This document shows positions 34,546 through 47,640 of a DNA stretch of 64,000 nt, piece after piece (the stretch's first letter is position 1; every line of letters begins with the position of its first letter). This DNA comes from an uncultured Halobacteria archaeon (GTDB lineage Bacteria > Pseudomonadota > Gammaproteobacteria > UBA9214), in contig CAVYIJ010000001.1 of the NCBI GenBank assembly GCA_963768575.1, positions 162,912 to 226,911 of the forward strand. Direction: 5' to 3'. The notes beneath the pieces are model-generated. The model saw only the letters and a list, made by a program, of their open reading frames with translations, was not told where the DNA came from and searched no databases. Position numbers and translations under genes: made by a program.

Positions 34546-34851
34546 CTAGACAATCAATGTCGCCGGCCAGCTCACGATATGGCCCGGGTCGATATCGGCG
34601 CTGACATGTTCGAGTATGGTGTCCACTTTCTCCGGCACGTCGAAGAATTCGATCACCAGCGGGAGGTCCAGCGACATGTCCAGCAGCATGGACGAGTGCA
34701 TGATTCCGGACCTGCCGAAACCGCTGATCCCGCGGAATACCGTTACGCCCTGCACCTTTTCCTCGTCGTGCAGGCGTTCCAGCAGGCCTTGCAGGCGTCC
34801 TTCGCCTTCCGTCATGTAAATATGGACAAACGTAACATCGAGTTTCTTCAT
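34546..34851 (-). CDS. DUF190 (PII-like) protein
   Basis: GVTVFRGISGFG.SG..H....DLPLVIEF; overlaps the crcB stop, a common pairing. Confidence 0.85.
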   Translation of the reverse strand: MKKLDVTFVHIYMTEGEGRLQGLLERLHDEEKVQGVTVFRGISGFGRSGIMHSSMLLDMSLDLPLVIEFFDVPEKVDTILEHVSADIDPGHIVSWPATLIV

Positions 34852-35222
34852 AGTTGCCTCGCAGCGAACACACCGACGGCGGCGGCCGACACGCACACAA
34901 GGACACTGACGAACACGTTGATCAGCGCCCTGCCCGCCTGGCCTGATTCCAGCAGGTTGAGTGTTTCAATGGAAAAGGTCGAAAAGGTAGTGAAGGCGCC
35001 CAGCACGCCGATCAGCATAAAGGCACGCATGGCCGGGCCGACCGCCATGCGGTCGATCAACCAGATATACAGGAAACCCATTAACAGGCTGCCGATGACG
35101 TTGACGGCCAGGGTACCGTACGGAAAGCCGGCGCCCAGCCTGGCGTGTACCGCGACTGAGGTCCAGTAGCGCAACAGTGCGCCGATGGCGCCGCCGGCGG
35201 CGATAGCGATCAGTTGGGTCAT
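34848..35222 (-). CDS. crcB: Fluoride channel CrcB/FluC
   Basis: GGAIGALLRY, FPYGTLAVNVIGS and GAFTTFSTF. Confidence 0.95.
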   Translation of the reverse strand: MTQLIAIAAGGAIGALLRYWTSVAVHARLGAGFPYGTLAVNVIGSLLMGFLYIWLIDRMAVGPAMRAFMLIGVLGAFTTFSTFSIETLNLLESGQAGRALINVFVSVLVCVSAAAVGVFAARQL

Positions 35223-35262
35223 ATGCGCATATTACACTACACAGTTTGATTAATATGCCTTC

Positions 35263-35473
35263 GCCACAGAGCACACAGAAGCAAACTAATGCCCGGTCAA
35301 ATTCCTGTCAGGCGCGGACGAGCCTCGCCTTGACACCGGGGAAAGCCAGCCCACCTGCACGCTTGATAGAAACCACACGAAAAAATCATAGCTACAGGGG
35401 CCACAGAGATAATTCAGTTTTGGCGAGTCTCTGCGTGCTCTGTGTGCTCTGTGTGCTCTGTGTGCTCTGTGGC
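35263..35473. repeat. CACAGAG/CTCTGTG repeat element: 17-bp terminal inverted repeat plus 9-bp tandem array
   Basis: gccacagagcacacaga (35263-35279) pairs with 35457-35473; (ctctgygtg)x4 plus a partial copy at 35429-35472. Confidence 0.65.
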
Positions 35474-35529
35474 AGGTTTCTGCTTTCTTGGCGCCTTGGC
35501 GACTTTGCGTGAGCGGTTTTTATAAGTCC

Positions 35530-35555
35530 ATTCGCGGCTGCGATCCGCTCCTACA
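35530..35555 (-). repeat. REP-like unit
   Basis: Minus strand tgtaggagcggatcgcagccgcgaat, same family as 34358. Confidence 0.65.
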
Positions 35556-35559
35556 GCTT

Positions 35560-36878
35560 TCATTTTGAGTGCTTGCGGTCCAGTTCCCGCAGGTGCGCCA
35601 GCTTTTCCGCGATTTTTATCTCCAGCCCGCGCGATACCGGCTGGTAGTAACCTGGATCATCCATGCCGTCCGGAAAATACTGCTCGCCGGCCGCATAACC
35701 CTCCGGTTCGTCATGCGCATAGCGGTAGGTCTTGCCGTAACCGAGTTCCTTCATCAGTTTCGTCGGCGCATTGCGCAGGTGTACCGGGACTTCCAGGGAG
35801 CCGGTTTTTCGTACATCGGCCATCGCGGTATTGAAGGCTTTGTACACGGCATTGCTCTTCGCGGCACAGGCGAGATAGATGCACGGCCTGTGCCAGCGCC
35901 AGTTCGCCCTCCGGACTGCCGAGTCGTTCCTGTACGTCCCAGGCTTGCAGGCACAGGGTCAATGCGCGCGGGTCCGCGTTGCCGATATCTTCCGAGGCCA
36001 TGCGCACCAGCCGTCGGGCGATATATATCGGGTCGCAGCCTCCATCCAGCATGCGCACCAGCCAGTACAGCGCAGCGTCGGGACTGGAGCCGCGCACCGA
36101 CTTGTGCAAGGCGGAGATCTGGTCGTAAAAATCGTCGCCGCCCTTGTCGAAGCGGCGACTGCCGCCGGCGATGACTTCGTTCAGGACCGTTTCCGGGATG
36201 ACGCGCCTGCCCTGTCGTTCTTCCGCCAGGTCAGCGGCAATCTCCAGCAGGTTCAGGGCGCGTCGCGCGTCACCGTCAGCGGCCTGTGCCAGCCGGTCAC
36301 GCAACGCGTCAGGCAACTCCAGTTGCAGCTCGCCCAGGCCGTGCTCGCGGTCGCCAAGGGCGGTATCGATAATGGTGCGCAAAACTTCCGGTTCGAGGCG
36401 CTTGAGCACGTAGGTGCGCGCGCGCGAGAGCAGTGCGCTGTTCAGTTCGAATGACGGGTTTTCGGTGGTCGCGCCGATAAAGATGACAGTCCCGTCTTCC
36501 ACGAACGGGAGAAATGCGTCCTGCTGTGACTTGTTGAAGCGGTGTGCCTCGTCGATGAACAGGACGGTCTGGCGTCCTTCCATGTCGCGAATCTGCTGTG
36601 CGGCAGCTACCGCGTTGCGGATATCCTTGACCCCGGCCAGCACGGCCGACAGGGTCATGAATTCCGCCTGCGTGGTATCCGCCAGCAGGCGCGCCAGCGT
36701 GGTCTTGCCGGTACCCGGTGGCCCCCACAACACCATGGAGTGCAGGTTGCCCTTCCGCCAGTGCACGGCGCAGCGGCTTGTTTTCTCCGAGGATGTGCGA
36801 CTGGCCGATGAACGCGTCCAGCGTGCGCGGCCGCATGCGATCGGCCAGCGGTCGCCAGGGTTCCGCCGGGTTGGGCAT
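35560..36878 (-). CDS. rarA: Replication-associated recombination protein RarA/MgsA; two +1 frameshifts (~36750, ~35881)
   Basis: PLADRMRP..L...[24 protein letters not shown] and [10 protein letters not shown]...YAHD lie in three consecutive frames. Confidence 0.92.
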
Positions 36879-36886
36879 CGGGTGAC

Positions 36887-37508
36887 TTACGGCCCGTCGC
36901 CGACGATATCGGTGCCGTCCGGCGGATCGAACTGGAACAACTGGCGGTCCAGTAGCGGATTGCGTTTGACGTTGGAGAAGCTGAACACGGTGGTATTACC
37001 GAAATTATCCGCCGCCGCGATCTGCTCCAGCCCGCCTTCATTGAACTGCAGTCGCAACTCGGTGACGTTACTGTCATTGTTTTTCGGCGTCAGCAGAATA
37101 CCCCGGTCGGTATCTTCGCGTATATTGAAAACCTCTTCCAGGGGCTGATCGCCGCTCAACAACATCGCCGGCGTGGTCGTCAGCACTTCAGCCATCGCCT
37201 GTACCGTGACCTGTTCGAGGTCCTTGTCGTAAGACCAGAGTCGCTGACCGTCCGCCACTACCTGCTGCTGGTATGGCTCCAGGTAATCCCAGCGAAACAT
37301 GCCAGGCCGCATGATCCACATGCGTCCTTTCGAGGACTGGATTTCCAGGTTATTGCTGTCGAGCACCTGCTGATCGAAATCGGCCGACAGGGTTTGCAGA
37401 TCAGTGAAGAAATCGGCGAGGCGTGGCGATGTTGCATCCGCGAACGCCGAGTGTGTGGCGAGCAGCAGCAGGCCTGCGAGTAATCAGTTTGCGGTAGACT
37501 GTATTCAT
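36887..37508 (-). CDS. lolA: Outer-membrane lipoprotein chaperone LolA; +1 frameshift near 37484
   Basis: ATG overlaps the ftsK stop (ATGA); the signal peptide continues in a shifted frame ([26 protein letters not shown]); RPGMFRWDY and YDKDLEQVT motifs. Confidence 0.9.
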
Positions 37509-39817
37509 GCGTCTGGCGGGGGTGGTGCCAGCACTTCGCGGCTGCCGTTGGTTTCCATGGGACTTACGACACCGGTTTCTTCCATGTGTTCAATCATGCG
37601 TGCGGCGCGGTTGTAGCCGATCTTGAGCCGACGCTGCACGCCCGAGATCGATGCCTTGCGGGTTTGCGTCACGATCATGACCGCCTGGTCGTACAGCGGG
37701 TCAGACTCGGTATCGCCGCCGTCGCCGCCGCCGTTGGCCGGCGACAATCCGGGCACCGGTTCGCTGGAGACCTCCAGTATTTCGGTCATGTACTCCGGCT
37801 CTGATTTGCCCTTCAGGTGTGCGGCAACCTTGTGGACTTCCTGGTCGGAGACAAACGCGCCGTGTACGCGCACCGGCACGCTGGTGCCCGGTGCCATGTA
37901 CAGCATGTCGCCGTGCCCGAGCAACTGTTCGGCACCCATCTGGTCGAGGATGGTGCGCGAATCGATCTTGGACGACACCTGGAAGGCAATGCGGGTCGGG
38001 ATATTGGCCTTGATCAGGCCGGTTATGACATCGACCGATGGCCGCTGGGTGGCGAGGATGAGATGCACGCCCGCGGCGCGCGCCTTCTGCGCAAGGCGGG
38101 CGATCAATTCTTCAACTTTCTTGCCGACCACCATCATCATGTCAGCCAGTTCGTCGATGACGATGACGATGTACGGCAGCGGCTGCAGTGACGGGTGCTC
38201 GGTCCCTTCCAGCGCCTCCTCCGGTTTGAACAGCGGGTCCGGAATCGGTGTGCCGGCCTCGATTGCCTCGCGCACCTTGCGGTTGTAGTTGCCGATGTTA
38301 CGCACGCCGAGTGCCGCCATCAGGCGGTAGCGGCGTTCCATCTCGCCGACACACCAGCGCAGCGCGTTCGCGGCCTCGTTCATGTCGGTGACGACCGGTG
38401 TGAGCAGGTGCGGAATGCCCTCGTATACCGACAACTCCAGCATCTTCGGATCGATCATGATCAGCCGCACGTCTTTCGGCAGGGTTTTGTACAGCAGGCT
38501 CAGTATCATTGCATTGATGCCGACCGATTTTCCGGATCCGGTGGTGCCGGCTACCAGCAGGTGCGGCATCTTCGCCAGGTTGACCACGACCGGCGAGCCA
38601 CTGATGTCCTTGCCCAGTGCCAGAGTCAGCGGCGAGCTGGATGATTCGTATTCCTCCGTGTTGAGGATCTCGCTCAGGCTGATGATGGCGCGATGTTCGT
38701 TCGGTATTTCCAGGCCGATGACCGATTTACCGGGAATCACCTCGACCACGCGCACGCTGATGGTCGATAGCGCACGGGCAATATCTTTCGACAGGTTGCT
38801 GACCTGGCTCACCTTGACGCCGGGGCCAAGATCCAGTTCGAAACGCGTGATCACCGGGCCGGGATTGACGGCAACGACTTCGACCTCGATATTGAAGTCC
38901 TGCAGTTTCATCTCGACGAGTCGCGACATCGCTTCCAGCGACGATTCCGAGTAACCGGCATTGGAGGGTCGCGGTTCATCCAGTAGCAACAACGGCGGCA
39001 ATTCCGAGTCGGTCGGCGGGTCGAACAGCGGCACCTGCCGCTCCCGTTCCTTGCGATCGCTGGTCTGCGGTTTGGTAATGACCGGCTCAATCCTGACCGG
39101 CTTGCGCTTGGCTATTTTCTGCTGGCTGGCCTTGATCACTTCCTCGCGCTCGGTCCGTGCCTTGCGGGCTGCGAGCTGCTCGGGTAGTCCACTCGCCAGC
39201 TCATACACGTAGTCAAAGGCAATCAGCGTGTATTTACCCACGAAATCCATTACCACCAGCCAGGACATCCCGGTGAACAGGGTGGCGCCGGCCAGGAACA
39301 GTGCCAGCAGGAACAGGGTTGCACCAATCGGGCTGACGACGTCGACCAGGTTGTTGCCGATGAGATTCCCGAGCACGCCGCCCGCGCCTGCCGGCAAATA
39401 GTCATTGCTTGCGGCGCGCTCCATCGAGGCCAGGCCGCAGCCGGCACCGACGGTCAGCAGGAAACCGGACCAGCGGACGGCAAGCACATGCAGATCGATG
39501 CCGCCCGCCGGGGTATGGCCGCGGTAAACCAGCCAGCCGCTGTAGCCGACCATGACCGGTAACAGGTAGGCAAGATAGCCGAGCAGATAAAGGAGAATAT
39601 CAGCCAGCCAGGCACCGATGATGCCGCCCGCATTATTTATTCGGGCCACGTCACCGCTGTTCGACCAGCCGGGGTCTGCCGGGTGATAACTGATCAGCGA
39701 CACCAGCAGGAAGATGGCAACGGCGCCCAGAATCAGCAATGCGCCCTCGCGCAGACCGTGCGATACCTGGTGGGTGAGTTTTTTCTGATCCTTATTTTTA
39801 CGTCGCGCCTGTCCCAA
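37505..39817 (-). CDS. ftsK: DNA translocase FtsK
   Basis: 4TM N-terminus, [33 protein letters not shown] and the gamma domain [11 protein letters not shown]. Confidence 0.97.
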   Translation of the reverse strand: MGQARRKNKDQKKLTHQVSHGLREGALLILGAVAIFLLVSLISYHPADPGWSNSGDVARINNAGGIIGAWLADILLYLLGYLAYLLPVMVGYSGWLVYRGHTPAGGIDLHVLAVRWSGFLLTVGAGCGLASMERAASNDYLPAGAGGVLGNLIGNNLVDVVSPIGATLFLLALFLAGATLFTGMSWLVVMDFVGKYTLIAFDYVYELASGLPEQLAARKARTEREEVIKASQQKIAKRKPVRIEPVITKPQTSDRKERERQVPLFDPPTDSELPPLLLLDEPRPSNAGYSESSLEAMSRLVEMKLQDFNIEVEVVAVNPGPVITRFELDLGPGVKVSQVSNLSKDIARALSTISVRVVEVIPGKSVIGLEIPNEHRAIISLSEILNTEEYESSSSPLTLALGKDISGSPVVVNLAKMPHLLVAGTTGSGKSVGINAMILSLLYKTLPKDVRLIMIDPKMLELSVYEGIPHLLTPVVTDMNEAANALRWCVGEMERRYRLMAALGVRNIGNYNRKVREAIEAGTPIPDPLFKPEEALEGTEHPSLQPLPYIVIVIDELADMMMVVGKKVEELIARLAQKARAAGVHLILATQRPSVDVITGLIKANIPTRIAFQVSSKIDSRTILDQMGAEQLLGHGDMLYMAPGTSVPVRVHGAFVSDQEVHKVAAHLKGKSEPEYMTEILEVSSEPVPGLSPANGGGDGGDTESDPLYDQAVMIVTQTRKASISGVQRRLKIGYNRAARMIEHMEETGVVSPMETNGSREVLAPPPPDA

Positions 39818-39877
39818 AATAATCCTCTTTCGTAGGTATTCCCGCCAATCGCTGGATTCTATTCGTTTTTTTATCCG

Positions 39878-40945
39878 TCAATCAAGTGCTTCCTGCAGCG
39901 CAGGGTGCACCACCTGTCCATCCTGCACATTAATTGCACGCTGCAACGGTGCAAACGCGCTCCAGTCCGGCTGCGTCAACTGCTTCACATAGGGCAACAA
40001 CACGGCCGACAGGGCCTGCGTGGCACTGCGCGGCACCGCGCCGGGCATATTGGTGACGCAGAAATGGACGACGCCCATGTCGATGTAAGTCGGGTCGTCG
40101 TAGCTGGTCGGGCGCGTGGTTTCGATACAGCCGCCCTGGTCCACCGAGATATCAACGACCACGCTGCCGGGCTGCATGCTGCCTACCATCTCGCGTGTAA
40201 CGATGTGCTGCGCGCGGCTGCCGGGCCGCAGCGTCGCGCCGATCAACAGGTCTGCATTCGCCACTTCATGGCTGATACTGTCCGGGTATGGATACAGTGC
40301 CGTCACGTTGTTGCCAAGTGCCCGCATGTCCGCCAGGCGCTCATTGCGGATATCGAACACCGTGACTTCGGCACCGATCGATGCCGCCATTGCCGCCGCA
40401 TTACCGCCGGCGTGACCGGCGCCGATGACTGTCACGCGACCGCGCGCGGCTCCCGGCAGTCCGCCCAGCAACAAGCCCTTGCCGCCCTGGGGCTGATGCA
40501 GCAGATGCGTACCGACCTGGGTGGCCAGGCGGCCGGCTATATCACTCATCGGCGCCAGTAGTGGAAGCGCCCCGCTGTCAGTCGCCAGTGTTTCGAAGCC
40601 GATGGCAGTCAGGCCAATGGCTTGCAGCCGCCGGGCAAGGTCCGGTGCCGGCGCGAGATGCAGGAAGCAGAACAGTGTATGCGTAGCGCGCAGCAATTCC
40701 AGGTCCTGCGCGACCGGTTCCTTGACCTTGACGACCAGGTCGGCCTGCCCGTAGGTCGCGGGCGCATCCGGGGTGATGGTCGCACCGGCCGCGATATAAT
40801 GCGCGTCTGGATAGCCGGACAGCAGGCCGGCGCCCTTTTCGATGAACACTGTATGGCCGTCCTCGACCAGGCTGCCACAGGCTGCCGGGTGCAGCGCCAC
40901 ACGCCCTTCCCGTGGTTTTATTTCACGCGGTATGCCGATTTTCAT
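39878..40945 (-). CDS. ald: Alanine dehydrogenase
   Basis: [40 protein letters not shown] and NMPGAVP. Confidence 0.93.
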   Translation of the reverse strand: MKIGIPREIKPREGRVALHPAACGSLVEDGHTVFIEKGAGLLSGYPDAHYIAAGATITPDAPATYGQADLVVKVKEPVAQDLELLRATHTLFCFLHLAPAPDLARRLQAIGLTAIGFETLATDSGALPLLAPMSDIAGRLATQVGTHLLHQPQGGKGLLLGGLPGAARGRVTVIGAGHAGGNAAAMAASIGAEVTVFDIRNERLADMRALGNNVTALYPYPDSISHEVANADLLIGATLRPGSRAQHIVTREMVGSMQPGSVVVDISVDQGGCIETTRPTSYDDPTYIDMGVVHFCVTNMPGAVPRSATQALSAVLLPYVKQLTQPDWSAFAPLQRAINVQDGQVVHPALQEALD

Positions 40946-40977
40946 GCCGGCTTTACCCGTACAATGAAGTTACGTAA

Positions 40978-42081
<1,104 letters not shown>

Positions 42082-42126
42082 GCCTGTACCGCACGCCGTC
42101 CGCGACGTAGACGGTGGAACCTGCCG

Positions 42127-43272
42127 GTGCAGTCTTACGTTATAAGGGACATCACGACCATCCCGGCTGCTGACTGGAACCGGGTAGCGGGCACCTCGCA
42201 CCCTTTCCTGCGGCACGAATTTCTCGCCGCCCTGGAAAAGCATGATTGTGTCGGCGAAAAGCACGGCTGGTTGCCCTGCCATATAGTAGTGCGTGATGAT
42301 CAGGACCAGTTGTGCGGTATCGCCCCGCTCTACCTGAAGGATAATTCATACGGTGAATTCGTCTTTGACTGGGCCTGGGCAGATGCCTGGCACCGCAGCG
42401 GCGTGAATTATTATCCTAAACTGGTCTCGGCCATTCCGTATACCCCGGTAACGGGCCACCGCCTGCTGGTCGACAGGCAAGCCGACCGGCAGGCCGTTAC
42501 CAAACAGCTGATCGAAGCCGCGCTGGCGCTGGCCCGGGACACTGGCTGCTCGACGCTGCACTGGTTGTTTCCCGACCGGGAAGACACCGCCAGGCTACTG
42601 GAATTCGGCCACTTGCGGCGAACCGGTTGCCATTTCCACTGGCACAACCGTGGCTACCGGTCGTTCGATGATTTTCTCGCCGCGCTCAGTTCGCGCAAGC
42701 GCAAGAAAATCCGTCGTGAACGCCGCCGCGTAAATGAAGCCGGCATCCGGATGGAACTGCTGCACGGCCAGGACATGTCAGACAGTGATTGGGAAATCAT
42801 GCATGGTTTCTATCGCTCAACTTTCGATCGCAAGTCGGGCATGCCGACGCTGACACTGGAATTTTTTCGCGAGATCGGCCGGACCATGGGTGAGCAACTG
42901 GTGCTGGTGTTTGCGCGCAAACTGGGTGAGCCGGTTGCCGGTGCAATCATGTTGCGCGGCGCGAATGCCCTCTACGGGCGTCACTGGGGATGCAGGGAGG
43001 AATATCACAGCCTGCATTTCGAGACCTGCTATTACCAGGGAATCGATTATTGCATCGAGCATGGCCTGGCGCTGTTCGAGCCCGGCGTACAGGGCGAGCA
43101 CAAGATCAGCCGTGGCTTTATCCCGACCTACACCTGGTCAGCACACTGGATCAGGGACCACCGGTTTCGCGATGCCATTCAGCACTACCTGCTTCAGGAG
43201 CATGACATGATGGTCGAATACCATGATGAATTGCAGCTCACTTCGCCGTTCAGGCAGGAAGATGGCACTTGA
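42127..43272 (+). CDS. FemAB-like GNAT-fold protein (DUF482 type)
   Basis: SYGEFVFDWAWA, YYPKL..IPYTPVTG, LYGRHWG, LHFETCYYQGI and GEHKISRGF. Confidence 0.85.
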   Translation: MQSYVIRDITTIPAADWNRVAGTSHPFLRHEFLAALEKHDCVGEKHGWLPCHIVVRDDQDQLCGIAPLYLKDNSYGEFVFDWAWADAWHRSGVNYYPKLVSAIPYTPVTGHRLLVDRQADRQAVTKQLIEAALALARDTGCSTLHWLFPDREDTARLLEFGHLRRTGCHFHWHNRGYRSFDDFLAALSSRKRKKIRRERRRVNEAGIRMELLHGQDMSDSDWEIMHGFYRSTFDRKSGMPTLTLEFFREIGRTMGEQLVLVFARKLGEPVAGAIMLRGANALYGRHWGCREEYHSLHFETCYYQGIDYCIEHGLALFEPGVQGEHKISRGFIPTYTWSAHWIRDHRFRDAIQHYLLQEHDMMVEYHDELQLTSPFRQEDGT

Positions 43273-43301
43273 CGGCAACCCGGAGAGGCAGGTAACAGGC
43301 A

Positions 43302-44024
43302 ATGACCCAGAATCATGGATCCTCCCCCTACTGGATCGATCCGGACAGCGCGGAAATCTATTTTCCGGATGTCGAACTCGCCCTGCTTGAACCCGACGGA
43401 CTGCTTGCCATCGGCGGCGACCTGTCCAGCGAGCGGCTGCTGCATGCCTATCGCAATGGTATTTTCCCCTGGTACGGACCGGAGCAGCCGATTCTGTGGT
43501 GGTCACCCGACCCGCGACTGGTGCTGTTCCCGGAAGCATTACGGGTCTCGCGCAGCCTTGCCAAGACGCTGCGCAAAAAACGTTTCCGGGTCACGCTGGA
43601 CACGGTATTTGAACGGGTCATCAATGAATGCGCAAAACCCCGACCGGGCCAGGCAGGCACCTGGATTACGGCCGAGATGGAGGCCGCCTATACCCGGCTG
43701 CACGAACTCGGGCATGCGCATTCGGTAGAGTGCTGGCTTGACGGTGAGCTGGTCGGCGGGTTGTACGGGCTGGCGCAGGGGCGAGTGTTCTTCGGCGAGT
43801 CCATGTTCACGCGGGTCGCTGATGCCTCCAAGATCGGCTTCGTTACACTTGTCCGGCATCTGCAACGCCGCGGGTTCCGCCTGATCGATTGCCAGGTCCA
43901 TACCCGTCACCTGGAGAGTCTCGGCGCGGTTTCGATTCCCCGGCGTGAGTTCATACACCTGTTGCAACAGCAAACATGGCAGACCGCTCCCGTGGAATGG
44001 GTAATTGATGACGATTTGCAATAA
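43302..44024 (+). CDS. aat: Leucyl/phenylalanyl-tRNA--protein transferase
   Basis: GLLAIGGDLS, GIFPW, WWSPDPR, LVGGLYG, FFGESMF and IDCQ. Confidence 0.95.
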   Translation: MTQNHGSSPYWIDPDSAEIYFPDVELALLEPDGLLAIGGDLSSERLLHAYRNGIFPWYGPEQPILWWSPDPRLVLFPEALRVSRSLAKTLRKKRFRVTLDTVFERVINECAKPRPGQAGTWITAEMEAAYTRLHELGHAHSVECWLDGELVGGLYGLAQGRVFFGESMFTRVADASKIGFVTLVRHLQRRGFRLIDCQVHTRHLESLGAVSIPRREFIHLLQQQTWQTAPVEWVIDDDLQ

Positions 44025-44056
44025 ACCCGCCATGAAACATTCATGTTATCAGGCAT

Positions 44057-44083
44057 TTGACTGGCGGGATTTTAAGGTATAAT
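44057..44083 (+). promoter_or_regulatory. Putative sigma70 promoter of infA
   Basis: TTGACT-N15-TATAAT followed by GC-rich ccgccgc; the spacer is shorter than optimal. Confidence 0.45.
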
Positions 44084-44114
44084 CCGCCGCTGAATCATTC
44101 AGGCTAAAGGCACT

Positions 44115-44333
44115 ATGGCGAAAGAAGATCACATTGAGATGGAAGGCACGGTTACCGAGACCCTGCCAAATACCATGTTTCGGGTTGAGCTGGAAAATGG
44201 TCACGTAGTGACCGCCCACATTTCCGGCAAGATGCGCAAGCACTATATTCGAATTCTGAGGGGTGACAAGGTCACCGTGGAACTGACACCCTATGACCTG
44301 AGCAAGGGTCGTATTACCTACCGCGCACGCTAG
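44115..44333 (+). CDS. infA: Translation initiation factor IF-1
   Basis: [28 protein letters not shown]...[14 protein letters not shown], 72 aa. Confidence 0.98.
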   Translation: MAKEDHIEMEGTVTETLPNTMFRVELENGHVVTAHISGKMRKHYIRILRGDKVTVELTPYDLSKGRITYRAR

Positions 44334-44426
44334 TAGTATCGCGGGCTAGCCCTCTCCAGCAGGTTTATCGATTATTGCAGGCACACCTGCGGCTATGTCC
44401 GGGGGCAGGAGCCAATTCCAGCGTGA

Positions 44427-46685
44427 TCAGGAAACCGGGACTTTCTTCCCCTTGATGTCGAAGGCCAGCTTGTCATCCTCGACGCCGACTATCAGGTGTC
44501 CGCCCTTGGCAAGCCGCCCGAAGAGTAACTCCTCGGCCAGCGGTTTCTTGATGTGTTGCTGTATCAGGCGGGCCATCGGGCGTGCACCCATGTTCGGGTC
44601 GTAGCCATGCTCTGCCAGCCACAGGCGGGCCGATTCAAGCACTTCCAGTGTCACCTGCTGTTCCTGCAACTGGGCTTCCAGTTCGAAAATGAACTTGTCG
44701 ACTACCTGCACGATGACCGTTGGGTCCAGTGAATTGAACTGCACGATGGCATCAAGCCGGTTCCGGAATTCAGGCGTAAACAGTTTATTGACGGCCCCCA
44801 TCGCATCAGACGAATGGTCCTGGTTGCGGAAGCCGATTGATGCCCGGCTCATTTCCTGGGCGCCGGCATTGGTGGTCATCACCAGCACGACATTGCGGAA
44901 ATCCGCCTTGCGTCCGTTGTTGTCAGTGAGTGTGCCGTGGTCCATGACCTGCAACAGCAAATTGAAGACATCCGGGTGTGCCTTCTCGATCTCGTCGAGA
45001 AGCAATACCACATGCGGTGTCCTGCTGATTGCTTCGGTAAGCAGGCCGCCCTGGTCGTACCCGACGTAACCCGGAGGCGCGCCGATCAGGCGGGACACGG
45101 TATGCCGTTCCATGTACTCGGACATGTCGAAGCGGACCAGTTCAACACCGAGGATGCGGGCCAGTTGACGCGTCACCTCGGTTTTGCCGACACCGGTGGG
45201 ACCGGCAAACAGGAACGACCCGATGGGCTTGGCTTCACTGCCGAGACCGGAGCGGGACATCTTGATGGAATTCGCCAGTGTTTCGATAGCCTCGTCCTGG
45301 CCATAAACCACCATCTTCAGGTCGCGCTCGAGCGTGCGCAGCGATTCCTTGTCAGAGGCGCTAACCGATTTCTCCGGTATGCGCGCCATCTGGGCGATCA
45401 CGTGTTCGATATCGGCTACACCGACGGTTTTTTTGCGCTTCGATGGCGCGCGCAGACGTTGCCCTGCACCGGCCTCGTCGATCACGTCAATGGCCTTGTC
45501 CGGCAGGTGGCGGTCATGGATATAACGGTCGGACAGTTCGGCGGCCAGGCGCAGTGCCGGGGCCGAATACTTCACCTTGTGGTGTTCCTCGAAGCGCGAT
45601 TTCAGTCCTTTCAGGATGGTAATGGTCTCTTCCACGGACGGTTCGACAACATCGACTTTCTGGAAGCGGCGCGACAGCGCATGGTCCTTTTCGAAAATAC
45701 CGCGGTACTCGGTGTAGGTGGTCGAGCCGATGCATTTCAGTTCACCGGACGCCAGCATCGGCTTGATGAGGTTGGACGCATCCATGACGCCGCCCGAGGC
45801 CGCGCCTGCGCCGATCATGGTGTGTATTTCGTCAATAAAGAGTATTGCGCCCACTTCCTTCTTCAACTGCCCGAGGACGGCCTTGAAACGTTTTTCGAAA
45901 TCGCCGCGGTACTTGGTGCCGGCAACCAGTGAACCGAGGTCGAGCGAATAGATGGTGCTGTTGAGCAGTACCTCGGGTACCTCGCCCTCGACGATCATTT
46001 TCGCCAGGCCTTCGGCCAGTGCAGTCTTGCCGACACCGGCCTCGCCAACGAACAGCGGGTTGTTCTTGCGGCGGCGACACAGGATCTGCACGGTGCGCTG
46101 AATCTCCGCGCGCCGGCCGATCAGTGGATCAATTTTTCCCTGCGCAGCCTGCTCGTTGAGATTGGTTGCGAATGTTTCCAGCGGTTGTTTTGCCGTGGTA
46201 TCAGGGCTTTCAAGTTCCTCGGGGCTCTCGAGGTTTTCCTCGTGCTGGTCGTTGACCTTGGAGATTCCGTGAGAAATATAGTTGATGACATCCAGTCGCG
46301 TGATATCGAGTTTGTTCAGGAAATAGACTGCCTGTGATTCCTGTTCACTGAAGATCGCCACCAGCACGTTCGCGCCGGTTACCTCGTTCTTGTCAGAGGA
46401 CTGCACATGGAAGACTGCCCGTTGCAAGACACGCTGGAAACCGAGAGTCGGCTGGGTCTCGCGTGTATCGTCGGCAGACAGGCATGGCGTGGTCTCATCG
46501 AGGAACTTGCCGACGTCATGCTTGAGTTGTTCGAGGTTGCCGCCGCAGGCACGCAGTACTTCCACGGCTGTGGGATTGCCAAGCAAGGCGTACAGGAGGT
46601 GTTCCACTGTCATGAACTCATGGTTCTTCTCCCGCGCTTCCTTGAAAGCGAGATTCAGCGTGAATTCGAGTTCCTTGCTCAGCAT
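44427..46685 (-). CDS. clpA: ATP-dependent Clp protease ATPase subunit ClpA
   Basis: [10 protein letters not shown], two AAA modules ([16 protein letters not shown]) and the IGF loop; adjacent to clpS. Confidence 0.97.
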   Translation of the reverse strand: MLSKELEFTLNLAFKEAREKNHEFMTVEHLLYALLGNPTAVEVLRACGGNLEQLKHDVGKFLDETTPCLSADDTRETQPTLGFQRVLQRAVFHVQSSDKNEVTGANVLVAIFSEQESQAVYFLNKLDITRLDVINYISHGISKVNDQHEENLESPEELESPDTTAKQPLETFATNLNEQAAQGKIDPLIGRRAEIQRTVQILCRRRKNNPLFVGEAGVGKTALAEGLAKMIVEGEVPEVLLNSTIYSLDLGSLVAGTKYRGDFEKRFKAVLGQLKKEVGAILFIDEIHTMIGAGAASGGVMDASNLIKPMLASGELKCIGSTTYTEYRGIFEKDHALSRRFQKVDVVEPSVEETITILKGLKSRFEEHHKVKYSAPALRLAAELSDRYIHDRHLPDKAIDVIDEAGAGQRLRAPSKRKKTVGVADIEHVIAQMARIPEKSVSASDKESLRTLERDLKMVVYGQDEAIETLANSIKMSRSGLGSEAKPIGSFLFAGPTGVGKTEVTRQLARILGVELVRFDMSEYMERHTVSRLIGAPPGYVGYDQGGLLTEAISRTPHVVLLLDEIEKAHPDVFNLLLQVMDHGTLTDNNGRKADFRNVVLVMTTNAGAQEMSRASIGFRNQDHSSDAMGAVNKLFTPEFRNRLDAIVQFNSLDPTVIVQVVDKFIFELEAQLQEQQVTLEVLESARLWLAEHGYDPNMGARPMARLIQQHIKKPLAEELLFGRLAKGGHLIVGVEDDKLAFDIKGKKVPVS

Positions 46686-46710
46686 GACTCTACCTCTTTA
46701 TCTGTCGACG

Positions 46711-47031
46711 CTATGCCTTTTCCATACTGCACATCAACGGGTGCTGGTGTCGTTGTGCATATTCGTTAACCTGTGCAACCTTGGTTTCCGCGATTTCGTA
46801 GGTATAGACGCCGCAGATACCCTTGCCCTGGCTGTGTACCAGCAACATTACTCGTGTCGCCTTTTCGCGGTCCATGCCGAACAATTTCTCCAGCAGTGTG
46901 ACGACGAACTCCATCGGCGTATAGTCATCGTTCAGCAGAAACACCCGGTACATGGATGGTTCCTTGAGCTTTGGTTTCGCCTCCTCAAGCGCCAGCCCGT
47001 CGTCACCGCGATGCTTGTCTTCGTTGCTCAT
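46711..47031 (-). CDS. clpS: Clp protease adaptor ClpS
   Basis: [13 protein letters not shown] and EIAETKV...HPL.C.ME. Confidence 0.97.
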   Translation of the reverse strand: MSNEDKHRGDDGLALEEAKPKLKEPSMYRVFLLNDDYTPMEFVVTLLEKLFGMDREKATRVMLLVHSQGKGICGVYTYEIAETKVAQVNEYAQRHQHPLMCSMEKA

Positions 47032-47564
47032 GCCCTGCCTGTCTGCACTGAATTCCGGTTACGAAAAATCAACCTGTGAAAACATTTTACCACTTATTTC
47101 ATGAGCATACATGCTGAATTGCGTTGCAGGCCAGAAAAATATTCCTGCTGGCCGACCACGGACAACACCCGATAAATCGGCATATTCGAGTAAATCTTGA
47201 CGCGCAAAGTGCAGTATCAACAGTAAAAATAACGGCTGCACGCGATCAGGTACAGCCCCCTGATGCGGCCTGCGGTTTGACCGGTTCTACCGGGTGATTG
47301 CCACGCCACGGCAGCGGACTGCCTGGCACCCCGGCCCATACCGGCTGCATCGACTCGTGCGGCCAGCGGATGCGTGACACGAGTATCGATGGTATGTCGC
47401 GATCACGCTGTACCCAAAGGGGCGCGGCAGCATCTGATGGAAGGCAACATGGGAAACTGCGGCGCTGCCGTCGCCAGAACTGCATGGACGGTGATCGCAT
47501 TCGCCGGCACGGCAATATTACGGGCGTGCCTGTTGTCCGTCCTGAATTGATTATTGCATTCACG

Positions 47565-47598
47565 AAAAAAAAGCCCCTGCAGCAAGCAGGGGCTTTTT
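47565..47598 (-). terminator. Intrinsic (bidirectional-type) terminator
   Basis: aaaaaaaagcccctgc-agcaa-gcaggggcttttt, downstream of the 47641 gene. Confidence 0.8.
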
Positions 47599-47640
47599 GT
47601 TACTGCAACTGTCTGTAATCGTTACGACAGTTTTTTAAGC

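Noticed and set aside
35429-35472. ORF 35246-35512 with an LCVLCVLC Cys-rich motif
   Set aside because: It is simply the translation of the 9-bp tandem DNA repeat; there is no RBS or other coding signal.
35223-35560. Fluoride riboswitch upstream of crcB
   Set aside because: No GGCGATGG...GCTGATGAC-type consensus is visible on the minus strand; the region consists of repeats.
47246-47618. ORFs of about 105 aa on both strands between clpS and the terminator
   Set aside because: No RBS or family motif, Arg/Pro-rich random-like composition, and both abut or overlap the terminator; not cspD.
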